NCBI GenBank assembly: GCA_934140285.1
Contig: CAKPBI010000001.1
Coordinates: forward strand, 211,515 to 275,514
Reading direction: 5' to 3'
DNA from: an uncultured Bacilli bacterium
GTDB lineage: Bacteria > Bacillota_I > Bacilli_A > ML615J-28 > CAG-313
Length of the DNA: 64,000 nucleotides
Made by a program: the position numbers and the translations under genes. The notes beneath the pieces were generated by a model. It was not told the origin of the DNA, did no database searches, and worked only from the letters and a program-made list of their open reading frames with translations. The stretch's first letter is position 1; each line of letters starts with the position of its first letter. This document shows positions 49,199 through 58,667 of this stretch, piece by piece.

Positions 49199-50431
49199 AT
49201 GAATTTATTTGAAGAATTACAATGGCGTGGATTAATCCATAATGTTACAGATGAAAAAATTATTGATAAAATTAATAAAGGTGAAGTTACTTTCTATTTA
49301 GGTACTGACCCAACTGGCGATAGTCTACATGTTGGACATATGCTTGTCTTTCTTTTCGCAAAGCGTCTAGAAAGTGTTGGAAATAAACCAATTTTTCTAA
49401 TTGGTGGAGCAACTGGATTTATCGGTGATCCAAAGCCTAGTAGTGAAAGACAATTATTATCTCATGAAATAATTGAACATAATGCAAAGTGTTTATACAA
49501 ACAAGTTTCAAATTTATTTAAATGTGAAATGGTAAACAACTATGATTGGACACATGATATTGATATATTAACATTCCTAAGAAAATATGGTAAATTCTTT
49601 AATGTTAGTTATATGATTAACAAAGAAACAGTAAAAGCAAGACTTGATAGCGGTATTTCATACACTGAATTCTCATATCAAATTTTACAAGCATTAGATT
49701 TTGAACATCTATTAGATACTAAAAATTGTATTCTTCAAATTGGTGGACAAGACCAATGGGGTAATATTACAGGTGGACTTGAATTAATAAGAAAAATCCA
49801 TGGTGCAGATACTGAAGCATATGGTATTACAATCCCTCTTTTCACAAAGAGTGATGGTACTAAATTTGGAAAGAGTGAAGGTGGAGCAATCTGGCTTGAT
49901 CCTGAAAAAACTTCTCCTTACGCATTCTATCAATTTTGGATTAACACCCCAGATAGTGATGTTATAAGAGAATTAAAACAATTCACATTCTTAACAAAAG
50001 AACAAATAGAAGAATTAGAAAAGAGTTTTATGGAAGAACCTCATAAACGTGCTGCTCAAAAAGCTCTTGCTAAAGAAATGACAACAATGGTACATGGTGA
50101 AGAAGCCTACAACCAAGCTGTAAAATTATCAGAAGCTTTATTTAGTGGTGATATTTCTAAATTAACAAAAGCTGAAATTGAAACATTATTTAATGGTGTT
50201 CCATCTATTACAGTAGAAGAAGACCTTAATTTAATTGATGCTTTAGTTGCTGTAAAAGCCGCATCAAGTAAACGTGAAGCTCGTGACTTTATTAACAATG
50301 GTGCAACCTTAGTTAATGGTGTTCAAAATAAAGATTTGAACTTTGTCATTACCAAAGCAAATGCCATCGGTGAAACATACACAGTAATTAGAAGAGGAAA
50401 GAAAAATTACTATTTAATTATTCATAAATAA
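49199..50431 (+). CDS. tyrS: Tyrosine--tRNA ligase
   Basis: HIGH-type motif LHVGHML, KMSKS-type motif KFGKS, C-terminal S4 domain. Start is ATG 49199 after AGGAAAGAGGA. Confidence 0.95.
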   Translation: MNLFEELQWRGLIHNVTDEKIIDKINKGEVTFYLGTDPTGDSLHVGHMLVFLFAKRLESVGNKPIFLIGGATGFIGDPKPSSERQLLSHEIIEHNAKCLYKQVSNLFKCEMVNNYDWTHDIDILTFLRKYGKFFNVSYMINKETVKARLDSGISYTEFSYQILQALDFEHLLDTKNCILQIGGQDQWGNITGGLELIRKIHGADTEAYGITIPLFTKSDGTKFGKSEGGAIWLDPEKTSPYAFYQFWINTPDSDVIRELKQFTFLTKEQIEELEKSFMEEPHKRAAQKALAKEMTTMVHGEEAYNQAVKLSEALFSGDISKLTKAEIETLFNGVPSITVEEDLNLIDALVAVKAASSKREARDFINNGATLVNGVQNKDLNFVITKANAIGETYTVIRRGKKNYYLIIHK

Positions 50432-50443
50432 AAGGAGTATAAA

Positions 50444-51520
50444 ATGTCAAAAATCCAAGAATTTAACAATCTATTACAAGATGCAATTAATGAAGGAGCA
50501 TTTCCAGGTGCAAACTATGCAATAGTTTTTAAAGATAAAGTATTATTTGGTTCCTTTGGAAAGAAAAGTTTAATTCCAAATGTTGAAGAAAATGATATTG
50601 ATACAATCTATGATATGGCATCACTAACAAAAATTGTAAGCACTACAACCGCTGCCTTAAGATTAATTGAAAAAGGAAAACTTCGTTTATATGCACCAGT
50701 AAAAAAATATCTTCCTGAATTCAAATTTGATAATATTTCAATATGGAATTTAATGACACATACCTCAGGATTACCTGAAGGATTGCCTCATGCAAACACT
50801 CTAAGTGATCCAACTGAAGTATGGAATAAAATATTAAATATGGAATTAAAATATGAAACAGGAACTAAAATTCATTATTCAGATTTAGGTTATATTATCC
50901 TTGGAAAAGTTATAGAAAGTATTGTAAAGAAACCTTTAAATGAATTTGTTAAAGAGGAAATTTTTGATAAACTAAATATGAAAGATACAGGCTATCTTCC
51001 AGATTCTTTATTAAGATGTGCCCCAACTGAATATCGTGATGATGCAGTCTTTAAAGGAATTGTTCGTGGAAAAGTTCATGATGAAACATCATATGCTTTA
51101 GGTGGAGTAGCAGGTCATGCTGGTTTATTTTCAACAGTAAAAGATATGGCTAATTATTTACAAATGCTTTTAAATGATGGAATGTTTAATAATGAACACT
51201 TCTTATCAAAGGCAACAATTGATTTATTGTATACCCCACAAGTAGAAGAAAGAAATGGTGTATCATTAGTACTTGAAAGAAGATCAATCGGTTTTGTTAA
51301 TAAAGGTCCAGCCTCATCTGCTGGAGAATTAACAAGTAGTGAAACTATTCTTCATACAGGTTTTACCGGAACTAACATCTGGGTTGATCGAAAGAATGAA
51401 GTAGCTTTCGTACTACTTTCAAACCGTGTTCATCCAACTCGTAAGAATATCTTACATATGGATGCAAGAGCAAGACTTGCTAACTTTATAATCGCAAATC
51501 TTGATGAACTAAAAAAATAA
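50444..51520 (+). CDS. Class-C beta-lactamase-related serine hydrolase
   Basis: S-x-x-K motif (MASLTKIV), YxN-like and HxG elements; RBS AAGGAG; 12 nt after the tyrS stop. Confidence 0.8.
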   Translation: MSKIQEFNNLLQDAINEGAFPGANYAIVFKDKVLFGSFGKKSLIPNVEENDIDTIYDMASLTKIVSTTTAALRLIEKGKLRLYAPVKKYLPEFKFDNISIWNLMTHTSGLPEGLPHANTLSDPTEVWNKILNMELKYETGTKIHYSDLGYIILGKVIESIVKKPLNEFVKEEIFDKLNMKDTGYLPDSLLRCAPTEYRDDAVFKGIVRGKVHDETSYALGGVAGHAGLFSTVKDMANYLQMLLNDGMFNNEHFLSKATIDLLYTPQVEERNGVSLVLERRSIGFVNKGPASSAGELTSSETILHTGFTGTNIWVDRKNEVAFVLLSNRVHPTRKNILHMDARARLANFIIANLDELKK

Positions 51521-51536
51521 AGAAAGGAAAAATACA

Positions 51537-52220
51537 ATGAAAACTATTTTAGCAATCGGTGGTCACATTGGTGACATGGAACTTACCGCTGGTGGCATAA
51601 TGGCTACAAATGCAGTAAGAGGTGGAAAAAACATAATAATGGCACTAACTGCTGGTGAAAGAGGAAACCCTCCTCATATGACAATTCAAGAATACCGTAA
51701 ACAAAAGATTGAAGAAGCAAATAAGTTTGCGGAAATGGTAAATGGTGAAGCAATAGTTTTGAAATATGCTGATGGTGAGCTTCCTAATAATGATGAAGTA
51801 ATTAATGAAGTTGTTGATGTAATTGTAAAATATAAACCAAATGTAATCGTAACACATTGGCAAAGTACAATGCATCGTGACCATAACAACACCCATTTGA
51901 TTGTTCAAGAAGCCCAATTTAGAGCAGGTGTTGTAGGAAATAAAAATGGTGAAAGATTTTATGCGCCCCTTTATTTTTGTGAAAACTGGGAAGACTCAGA
52001 TAACTTTACACCATATGTTTATGTAGATATTACTGAAGGATTTGAATTATGGAAAAAAGCAATTCAAACGCATTGGTTTATTATGAATAGTAGTGACTTT
52101 AAATACTTTGATTACTATACATCACTTGCTCGCTGTCGTGGTGCTTTAATGAAAAAAGGCTATGCTGAATGCTTTGCTGTGCTCGACAGACAAAAGAAAA
52201 TATTTAAGGATGAACTATAA
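51537..52220 (+). CDS. PIG-L/LmbE-family N-acetylglucosaminyl deacetylase
   Basis: N-terminal LAIGGHIGDMELTAGG (variant of the AHPDDE segment); HxxH-type elements; 227 aa. Confidence 0.6.
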   Translation: MKTILAIGGHIGDMELTAGGIMATNAVRGGKNIIMALTAGERGNPPHMTIQEYRKQKIEEANKFAEMVNGEAIVLKYADGELPNNDEVINEVVDVIVKYKPNVIVTHWQSTMHRDHNNTHLIVQEAQFRAGVVGNKNGERFYAPLYFCENWEDSDNFTPYVYVDITEGFELWKKAIQTHWFIMNSSDFKYFDYYTSLARCRGALMKKGYAECFAVLDRQKKIFKDEL

Positions 52221-55159
52221 TGAAGAAAATATTAAGTATATTTTTAAGTCTATTTCTTCTTACAACTTTATCATTTTCTAATATTGTAAATAGTAAAAGT
52301 GATGATGAAGATTTCTTATTTTCGAATAAAAGTGGACCTCTATCAAAAATATATCATTATGGTACAGGTGAACCAGTAACTCTTCCTAAGAAATTTACTG
52401 TCTATGAATCAGAAATGCGTGGAGTATGGGTTGCTACTGTTTACAACATTGCGATTGGTAAACAAAATGGATTGGATAGTGAAGCCATCAATAGTTATAA
52501 AAAAGAATTTCTAACCATTCTTGATCGAATGGAAGAATTTGGAATGAACACATTATTCTTTCAAATAAGACCAAGTAATGATGCTTTTTATAAATCGGAA
52601 TTAAACCCATGGAGTGAATTCCTAGTTAGTGCTGGTGTTGACCCAGGATGGGATCCTCTTGAATGGATGATTGAAGAAACTCACAAACGTGGTTTTGATT
52701 TTCAATGTTGGATGAATGCTTATCGTGTAACAACATATAGTGTTTTAGATGATACAAGCAAAAAAGCAAGTACATACAGCAATGCTGACCTTTTAAAATT
52801 TAAAGAAAAAGCTATTGAAAAACTTGCTCCAAATAATTTTGCAAGGTTACATCCTGAATATGTTGTAATGGGAGAACATGATACAAGATTAATCTTAAAT
52901 CCAAGTGAAATTGCAGTTCAAGATTTTATTGTCGCAACCTTGAAAGAAATCATTGAAAATTATGATATTGACGGTATGCATTTTGATGACTACTTCTATC
53001 TAAATGGTTCTGTATCAAGTGATAAAGTTAATACTAACTTTGCTGGTGGAGAAAAATATGATAGTTCCTTATCAGGAAAAAATACCCTAAATGATTTAGG
53101 AAACTACCAAGAATACTTAAATAATGATCCTAAGTATGCTCATATGGAAAGAGGATATTCACTAGGTGATTTTAGAAGAGAAAACATCAATGTTATGATG
53201 CGTAGAATTCGTGCTATGGTTGATGAATACAATGAAACTAATAATAAAATAGTTGAATTTGGTTCCAAACCTGCTGCAGTATGGCGTAGTAATTCTGAAT
53301 ATTGTACAGAAAGTGTTGACCGTTGTTCACCAGATGGTTCTAATACCGTATCAGGTGCTTACTCATCATACTCAGATCTTTTTGCTGACACATGGAAATG
53401 GGTAGAAGAAGGATTAGTTGACTATGTAGCTCCACAAGTATATTATGCCTTTGAAGACAATGTTGCTGCCTATGCTGATATCGTTGATTGGTGGGCAAAG
53501 AAGGTAACGGAATTAAATAAAGTACGCACTAGTGAAGGGAAAAAAGAAATCAAATTGTATGTTGCTCATGGAATATATAAATATCGTGATGCTCCATCAC
53601 AATTTTATAATCCATCAGAGATTAGAAACCAAATTGTTTATAATAAAAAATATCCGGTTATTAAAGGTTCGGCTTTATATTCATATGAAAATCTTTATGT
53701 TTTCTCTAGTGAAACTCATGAAAAAGGAATATCATTCTTGAAAAACAATTGGGTTAATAATCCAGTTTATCCAATCCAACGTGGTAATGATGATTCGGAA
53801 GGTTTAGTTGTGAAAGACTATAAATTATCTATGGATACACTAGACAATAGTGTAAATATTACCTTTGATAAAATGCCTTCTTCAAGAGTGTATGGTATAT
53901 ATAAAGTTTTAAAAGGAACAGAATTTACAGCGAGTGTAGATTCACGAATTAATGTAACTTATGATCCATATGTTGCAGGTGAAAAAGCAACACTTAGAAT
54001 TTATGATTATGATGAAAACTATGATTACTATGTAAAAGTAGTATCAACAAATGGTTATGTTTCATCACTTTCAACAAAACTAGATTTTACTAATATGGAA
54101 GAATACGAATCAATTAAAATTAACTATCTATCACAACTTCCAACCGAAATTAAATGTAATGAAACAATAAATTTAAGATTTAACATCTCAAATTTAACAA
54201 ATCATAATCTAGAATATACAGTAAATTATTTTGAAAATGATGTTGACAAAAAAAGAGTAATTGCGAGTGGAAGTATTACTTCAAATACATTTGAAATTCC
54301 ATATAAAGCATACCCATATACAACATCAAATTCACAACTAAAAATAACCATTACTGATGGTACTGCTTCAATTAGTGTTCTTACAAATAAGTTTAATACG
54401 GTAAATGAATATACACAATTAAATGTCAAAGATTTTACCAAAATTCAAACAAGATTTAGTTATAAAACTCCTGTTTCAATTGATGTAAGTATAAATAGTA
54501 CAAATGATTTAGAGTATAATTATGTACTATTAGCGGTTAATGAAGCAAACTATACTACAGAAGAAGTAAAAAAAGGAACATTGAAAGGAAGTACAACCCT
54601 AACTCTTGATGATATTAAGTTAAGTGAGGGAACATACCATTTTGTTCTAAAACTTACTCAAAACGATTATTCAACAACATATACATCTAATACATTTAAA
54701 GTAATTAGAACCAACTATCTAGATAATACTAGTATAAAGATTACTGACTATAATCCAGTTGTAGGGAAAAATATAATTATTAATATTTCAACTTATGGAA
54801 TAAACGGCTATAATTATAAACTACTACTTCTTGATAATGATAATAATATAATCAAAGTTTTGGATGAAGGTATCGTTGAAGGTAATTATATAGGTACAAT
54901 GTATAAAATTAATGAAAGCGACACATCATTTAAGATAAGAGTAATAATTGACAACAAAGGCATTACTGAATATTTAGATAGCGATTTAGTTGTTGTAAAA
55001 AAAGAAGTAGAACCTGATGATCCTACCCCTACTCCAGTTCCAGATGATCCTGTAGTGGATGATAAAAAAGGATGTAATTGTAAAAAATCAATATTGGAAG
55101 TTACTACTTTAATAATTACTTTAACATGTTTTATGTTTATAGTAAGAAAAAGAAAATAG
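52220..55159 (+). CDS. GHL10 (YngK-like, 'family 10 glycosylhydrolase'-like) paralog 1: secreted, Ig/FN3-like C-terminal repeats, KGCNCKK-TM-RKRK C-terminal anchor
   Basis: Signal peptide; GHL10 motifs MRGVWVATV..N, LFFQIRPSNDAFYKSELNPWSE, DPGWDPLEWMIEE and DGMHFDDYFY. Confidence 0.75.
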   Translation: MKKILSIFLSLFLLTTLSFSNIVNSKSDDEDFLFSNKSGPLSKIYHYGTGEPVTLPKKFTVYESEMRGVWVATVYNIAIGKQNGLDSEAINSYKKEFLTILDRMEEFGMNTLFFQIRPSNDAFYKSELNPWSEFLVSAGVDPGWDPLEWMIEETHKRGFDFQCWMNAYRVTTYSVLDDTSKKASTYSNADLLKFKEKAIEKLAPNNFARLHPEYVVMGEHDTRLILNPSEIAVQDFIVATLKEIIENYDIDGMHFDDYFYLNGSVSSDKVNTNFAGGEKYDSSLSGKNTLNDLGNYQEYLNNDPKYAHMERGYSLGDFRRENINVMMRRIRAMVDEYNETNNKIVEFGSKPAAVWRSNSEYCTESVDRCSPDGSNTVSGAYSSYSDLFADTWKWVEEGLVDYVAPQVYYAFEDNVAAYADIVDWWAKKVTELNKVRTSEGKKEIKLYVAHGIYKYRDAPSQFYNPSEIRNQIVYNKKYPVIKGSALYSYENLYVFSSETHEKGISFLKNNWVNNPVYPIQRGNDDSEGLVVKDYKLSMDTLDNSVNITFDKMPSSRVYGIYKVLKGTEFTASVDSRINVTYDPYVAGEKATLRIYDYDENYDYYVKVVSTNGYVSSLSTKLDFTNMEEYESIKINYLSQLPTEIKCNETINLRFNISNLTNHNLEYTVNYFENDVDKKRVIASGSITSNTFEIPYKAYPYTTSNSQLKITITDGTASISVLTNKFNTVNEYTQLNVKDFTKIQTRFSYKTPVSIDVSINSTNDLEYNYVLLAVNEANYTTEEVKKGTLKGSTTLTLDDIKLSEGTYHFVLKLTQNDYSTTYTSNTFKVIRTNYLDNTSIKITDYNPVVGKNIIINISTYGINGYNYKLLLLDNDNNIIKVLDEGIVEGNYIGTMYKINESDTSFKIRVIIDNKGITEYLDSDLVVVKKEVEPDDPTPTPVPDDPVVDDKKGCNCKKSILEVTTLIITLTCFMFIVRKRK
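55004..55159 (+). other. C-terminal tripartite anchor of paralog 1: Pro/Asp-rich linker, KGCNCKK motif (55070), one TM helix, RKRK tail
   Basis: VEPDDPTPTPVPDDPVVDDKKGCNCKKSILEVTTLIITLTCFMFIVRKRK. Confidence 0.7.
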
Positions 55160-55164
55160 TATTT

Positions 55165-55196
55165 AGAGGGCTAAGAAATCTTAGCCCTTTTATTTC
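55165..55196 (+). terminator. Rho-independent terminator
   Basis: AGGGCTAAGA-aat-TCTTAGCCCT followed by TTTATTTCT. Confidence 0.85.
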
Positions 55197-55274
55197 TAAA
55201 ATATTTGCTATTTTAAAGAAAATATTATATAATAAAGTTACTAAAAACAAAAAATAAAAAAAGGGAGAATGACA

Positions 55275-56174
55275 ATGAAAATATATGATACACATAGTGA
55301 TGTTTTTTCAAATTTATACGAAAGAACTTTAGAAGGTATTAAAGATCCTTTTCGAAAATATCATTTAGAAGCCATGAAACAAGGGGAAATACATGGAGGA
55401 ATTTGGGTAGTTTATAGTGAGTATGATTTTAATGTACTAGAAGCCTATAAAATAGCATATGAAGCCTTTAAGCCATATAAAGATAATTATGATGTATTAC
55501 TTGGATTAGAAGGCCTTCGTAATGTTCATACATTAGATGATTTAAATGAAATGTATAATTTTGGTGTAAGACATGCTACGCTTACATGGAATGAAGAAAA
55601 TCATCTAGCAACAGGGGTTGCGGGAGACAAAGATCGTGGATTAACAAACCTTGGAAAAGAATTTTTGGATTATATGTATAAACATCATATGGTCATTGAT
55701 GTATCACACTTAAATATAAAAAGTTTTTATGATGTTTTAGAATATATGCCTCATAATATTATCGCAAGTCATTCTAATGCATATACTTTAAGTGATCATC
55801 GCCGAAACTTAAATGATGATCAACTTAGATTAATGAGAGAAGTAGGAGGATATGTAGGAGCCGTTAGTGCGAGAAACTTTGTTTCGAAAGATCCAAGCCT
55901 ACAAAACACGATCGGTCTTGCCGATCAAATCATTTATCTTGGCGAAAAAATAGGAATTGATCATGTTATGCTTGGCCTTGACATTATGGATTTCTTAAAG
56001 AGCTACGATGATCATAATGCCAACTTAGATGATTTAAGAGGCCATATGGATGCTCAAAATTTAATTAAAGAATTAACGAAGAGAAATCTAACCAAAGAAG
56101 AAATCGAAGGAATAGCTTATAATAATTTTTTAAGATATAAGAAAGGAATAAAAGTTAATGAAGAAATTATTTAA
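55275..56174 (+). CDS. Membrane-dipeptidase (peptidase M19, renal-dipeptidase-like) family protein
   Basis: N-terminal IYDTHSDVF (parallels IDGHNDL) and HSNAYTLSDHRRNLNDDQL; start ATG 55275 after AAGGGAG. Confidence 0.7.
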   Translation: MKIYDTHSDVFSNLYERTLEGIKDPFRKYHLEAMKQGEIHGGIWVVYSEYDFNVLEAYKIAYEAFKPYKDNYDVLLGLEGLRNVHTLDDLNEMYNFGVRHATLTWNEENHLATGVAGDKDRGLTNLGKEFLDYMYKHHMVIDVSHLNIKSFYDVLEYMPHNIIASHSNAYTLSDHRRNLNDDQLRLMREVGGYVGAVSARNFVSKDPSLQNTIGLADQIIYLGEKIGIDHVMLGLDIMDFLKSYDDHNANLDDLRGHMDAQNLIKELTKRNLTKEEIEGIAYNNFLRYKKGIKVNEEII

Positions 56175-58665
56175 AAAAGTAGCCCTTATGGGAATTTGTT
56201 TGTTGGCCTTCTTCATGCTAATTTGTACAACTATATCAAAAGCAGCATGGGATGGAAAATTTGTTCCATATACTCAAGTATCTACAGATATGCGAGCTGT
56301 GTGGGTTGCGACTGTCGGTAATCTTAATATTGACCGTCAACTAGGTACAGATGAAGCTGCCATTTCATCATGGAAGAATGAATATATCAAAATATTAGAT
56401 AATGCTGAAGCAAATCATTTTAATACAATCGTATTCCAAGTAAGACCTGCAAATGATGCATTTTATCCATCTAAGTATAATCCATGGAGTGAGTATTTAG
56501 CAGGATATGGTGTTGATCCTGGCTGGGATCCTCTTGAATGGATGATTGAGGTGACCCATAATAGAGGCCTTGAATATCATGCATGGCTAAATCCTTATCG
56601 TGCATCAACTGGTTCCACTACTTCTATGATGGTAAAAGATCCAGCGACAGGTATTGAAAAAATTAAAGATATTGATGTTACTGAATTAAATAACTTTAAA
56701 GACACATACTTTGGAAGAAAGAAAGAACAAGCAGAAGGCATTGATAATCCAGTTTTTGAAACTGGTAATGAACTTCATCATAATGTTGTGCTTGGAGCAG
56801 AAGATTTGTTTGTTTTAAATCCTGCATCAGAAAAAGTAAGAAATCATGTTACAAATACCATAATGGAAATTGTAGAAAACTATGACATTGATGGAATTCA
56901 TTTTGATGACTATTTTTATCCAAATGATGCATCTTATATAGGAAGTAATGCAGCTTATAAGGGTTATACCTTCTCAACAGAACCATGGGTTGATATGGCT
57001 GATTATGAACAATATGTAAGTGAAACTACGACTCCTCTTAATATATATGATTGGCGCCGTGAAAATGTAAATAAACTAATTAAACAAATTAGTGATGCAG
57101 TTAGAGAAAAGAATAATACTAAAGAAGTAAAATGTGCATTTGGCATAAGCCCCGCATCACGTTGGGCACCTACTGTTGAGGCTTGTTCAAGTGAACCTCA
57201 AAGAGGAGCAGAAGGCGGAATGCTTGGTAGTTGTAATAACTATTATTCATATTCAGACTTATTTGCTGATACCTTAAAATGGGCTAAAGAAGAATGGATA
57301 GATTATATTACTCCTCAAAATTATACTCACCTAAAAGGTGATTATGATGTTATTGCTAAATGGTGGAGTAACGCTTTAAAGGATAGCAAAACTAAACTAT
57401 ATATGGGTACTGCCCTATATCAAGTAAAGGAATCTTGGGGATATGGTTTAACAGAAATGTACTACCAAGTAACTTACAATTCTGCTCATCTTGAAAAAGT
57501 AGAAGGATATTTCATATTTAGTTATTCAAGCTTACTTACTCGTGATGGTGGCCTTGCTATGTCAACTGTCGCAAAATATGCTTGGAAATATAATGCTTTA
57601 ACTCCACTTTATGGAGCATATACATATGATAAAAAGGTAGCACAAAAGGCTACTCCTAAAAATATTAATATTGAAGAAAACCAAGTATCAATTAAAGTTA
57701 ATAAGGTTGACAAAGCTAAGGGTTATGGAATATATGAATTTGATGAACAAACTTCAAACCTTGGTGATTTTGTCCCTTCAAACCTTAGAGCCTTAGAAAT
57801 TAATCCTAATAAAGAACTAACATTTACAAAAAATGAAAACAAGGTATATGCTCTTGTAACTTTTGATCAAGATAACTCAATCTATGAAGATGTTGAATGG
57901 TTAGTACTAGAAAATAATCGCCCAACCGTAGATTTAAAAGTAAACAAAAATCAATTTTTATATGATGAAGAAATAAATGTAGATGTAACAATTGAAGATG
58001 ATGATAGTGATTATTATTATTTAACAATTATATATTCTTCAAATGGTTCATCAATTGGTACGGAAATTGTCAAGGATGAAAAAATAACATCTAAAGAATA
58101 TCATACTACATTTAAAGCACCACATTTTTCTACTAACAATGGAAAGATAATTGTAATAGTAAAAGACATAATTGATACTGTTCAAGTGGATGCACCAATT
58201 TCTATCAAGAGTGCACCACCAGTAGTCACGCTTCCAAAGATTGATGATTTTCATATAAAAACAGTTCAAAACTTTAAAGTAACGATTACAGATGATGAAC
58301 AAACAAACTTAAATTATAAACTATATATCTCTGTAGAAGATGGAGAATATGAACTAATAGATGAAGGAAAAATTAAACCTGGAGAATTAACATTTAATTA
58401 TTCAACAATTATTCCTCATATAAATTGTAAATTCAAACTCGTAGTAAGTGATAATGATAATCAAGTTGAAGTTACATCTAATACATTTAATATTACAAAA
58501 CTAGTAGAACCTGATGATCCAGGTGATAATGATCCAGATACAGAACCTGAACCAGAAGTTCCAACCAAACCAAAGGGTTGTAATTGTAAGAAAAATATTG
58601 AGCTAGTGCTTGCTGGTATAACAATTATTACTTGTGCTTTATTTATTATAAGAAAGAGAGACTAA
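56158..58665 (+). CDS. GHL10 paralog 2: secreted, Ig-like C-terminal repeats, KGCNCKK-TM-RKRD C-terminal anchor
   Basis: Signal peptide; MRAVWVATVGN, TIVFQVRPANDAFYPSKYNPWSE, DPGWDPLEWMIE and DGIHFDDYFY. Confidence 0.75.
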   Translation: MKKLFKKVALMGICLLAFFMLICTTISKAAWDGKFVPYTQVSTDMRAVWVATVGNLNIDRQLGTDEAAISSWKNEYIKILDNAEANHFNTIVFQVRPANDAFYPSKYNPWSEYLAGYGVDPGWDPLEWMIEVTHNRGLEYHAWLNPYRASTGSTTSMMVKDPATGIEKIKDIDVTELNNFKDTYFGRKKEQAEGIDNPVFETGNELHHNVVLGAEDLFVLNPASEKVRNHVTNTIMEIVENYDIDGIHFDDYFYPNDASYIGSNAAYKGYTFSTEPWVDMADYEQYVSETTTPLNIYDWRRENVNKLIKQISDAVREKNNTKEVKCAFGISPASRWAPTVEACSSEPQRGAEGGMLGSCNNYYSYSDLFADTLKWAKEEWIDYITPQNYTHLKGDYDVIAKWWSNALKDSKTKLYMGTALYQVKESWGYGLTEMYYQVTYNSAHLEKVEGYFIFSYSSLLTRDGGLAMSTVAKYAWKYNALTPLYGAYTYDKKVAQKATPKNINIEENQVSIKVNKVDKAKGYGIYEFDEQTSNLGDFVPSNLRALEINPNKELTFTKNENKVYALVTFDQDNSIYEDVEWLVLENNRPTVDLKVNKNQFLYDEEINVDVTIEDDDSDYYYLTIIYSSNGSSIGTEIVKDEKITSKEYHTTFKAPHFSTNNGKIIVIVKDIIDTVQVDAPISIKSAPPVVTLPKIDDFHIKTVQNFKVTITDDEQTNLNYKLYISVEDGEYELIDEGKIKPGELTFNYSTIIPHINCKFKLVVSDNDNQVEVTSNTFNITKLVEPDDPGDNDPDTEPEPEVPTKPKGCNCKKNIELVLAGITIITCALFIIRKRD
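58504..58665 (+). other. C-terminal tripartite anchor of paralog 2: acidic/Pro linker, KGCNCKK motif (58576), TM helix, RKRD tail
   Basis: VEPDDPGDNDPDTEPEPEVPTKPKGCNCKKNIELVLAGITIITCALFIIRKRD. Confidence 0.7.
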
Positions 58666-58667
58666 AT

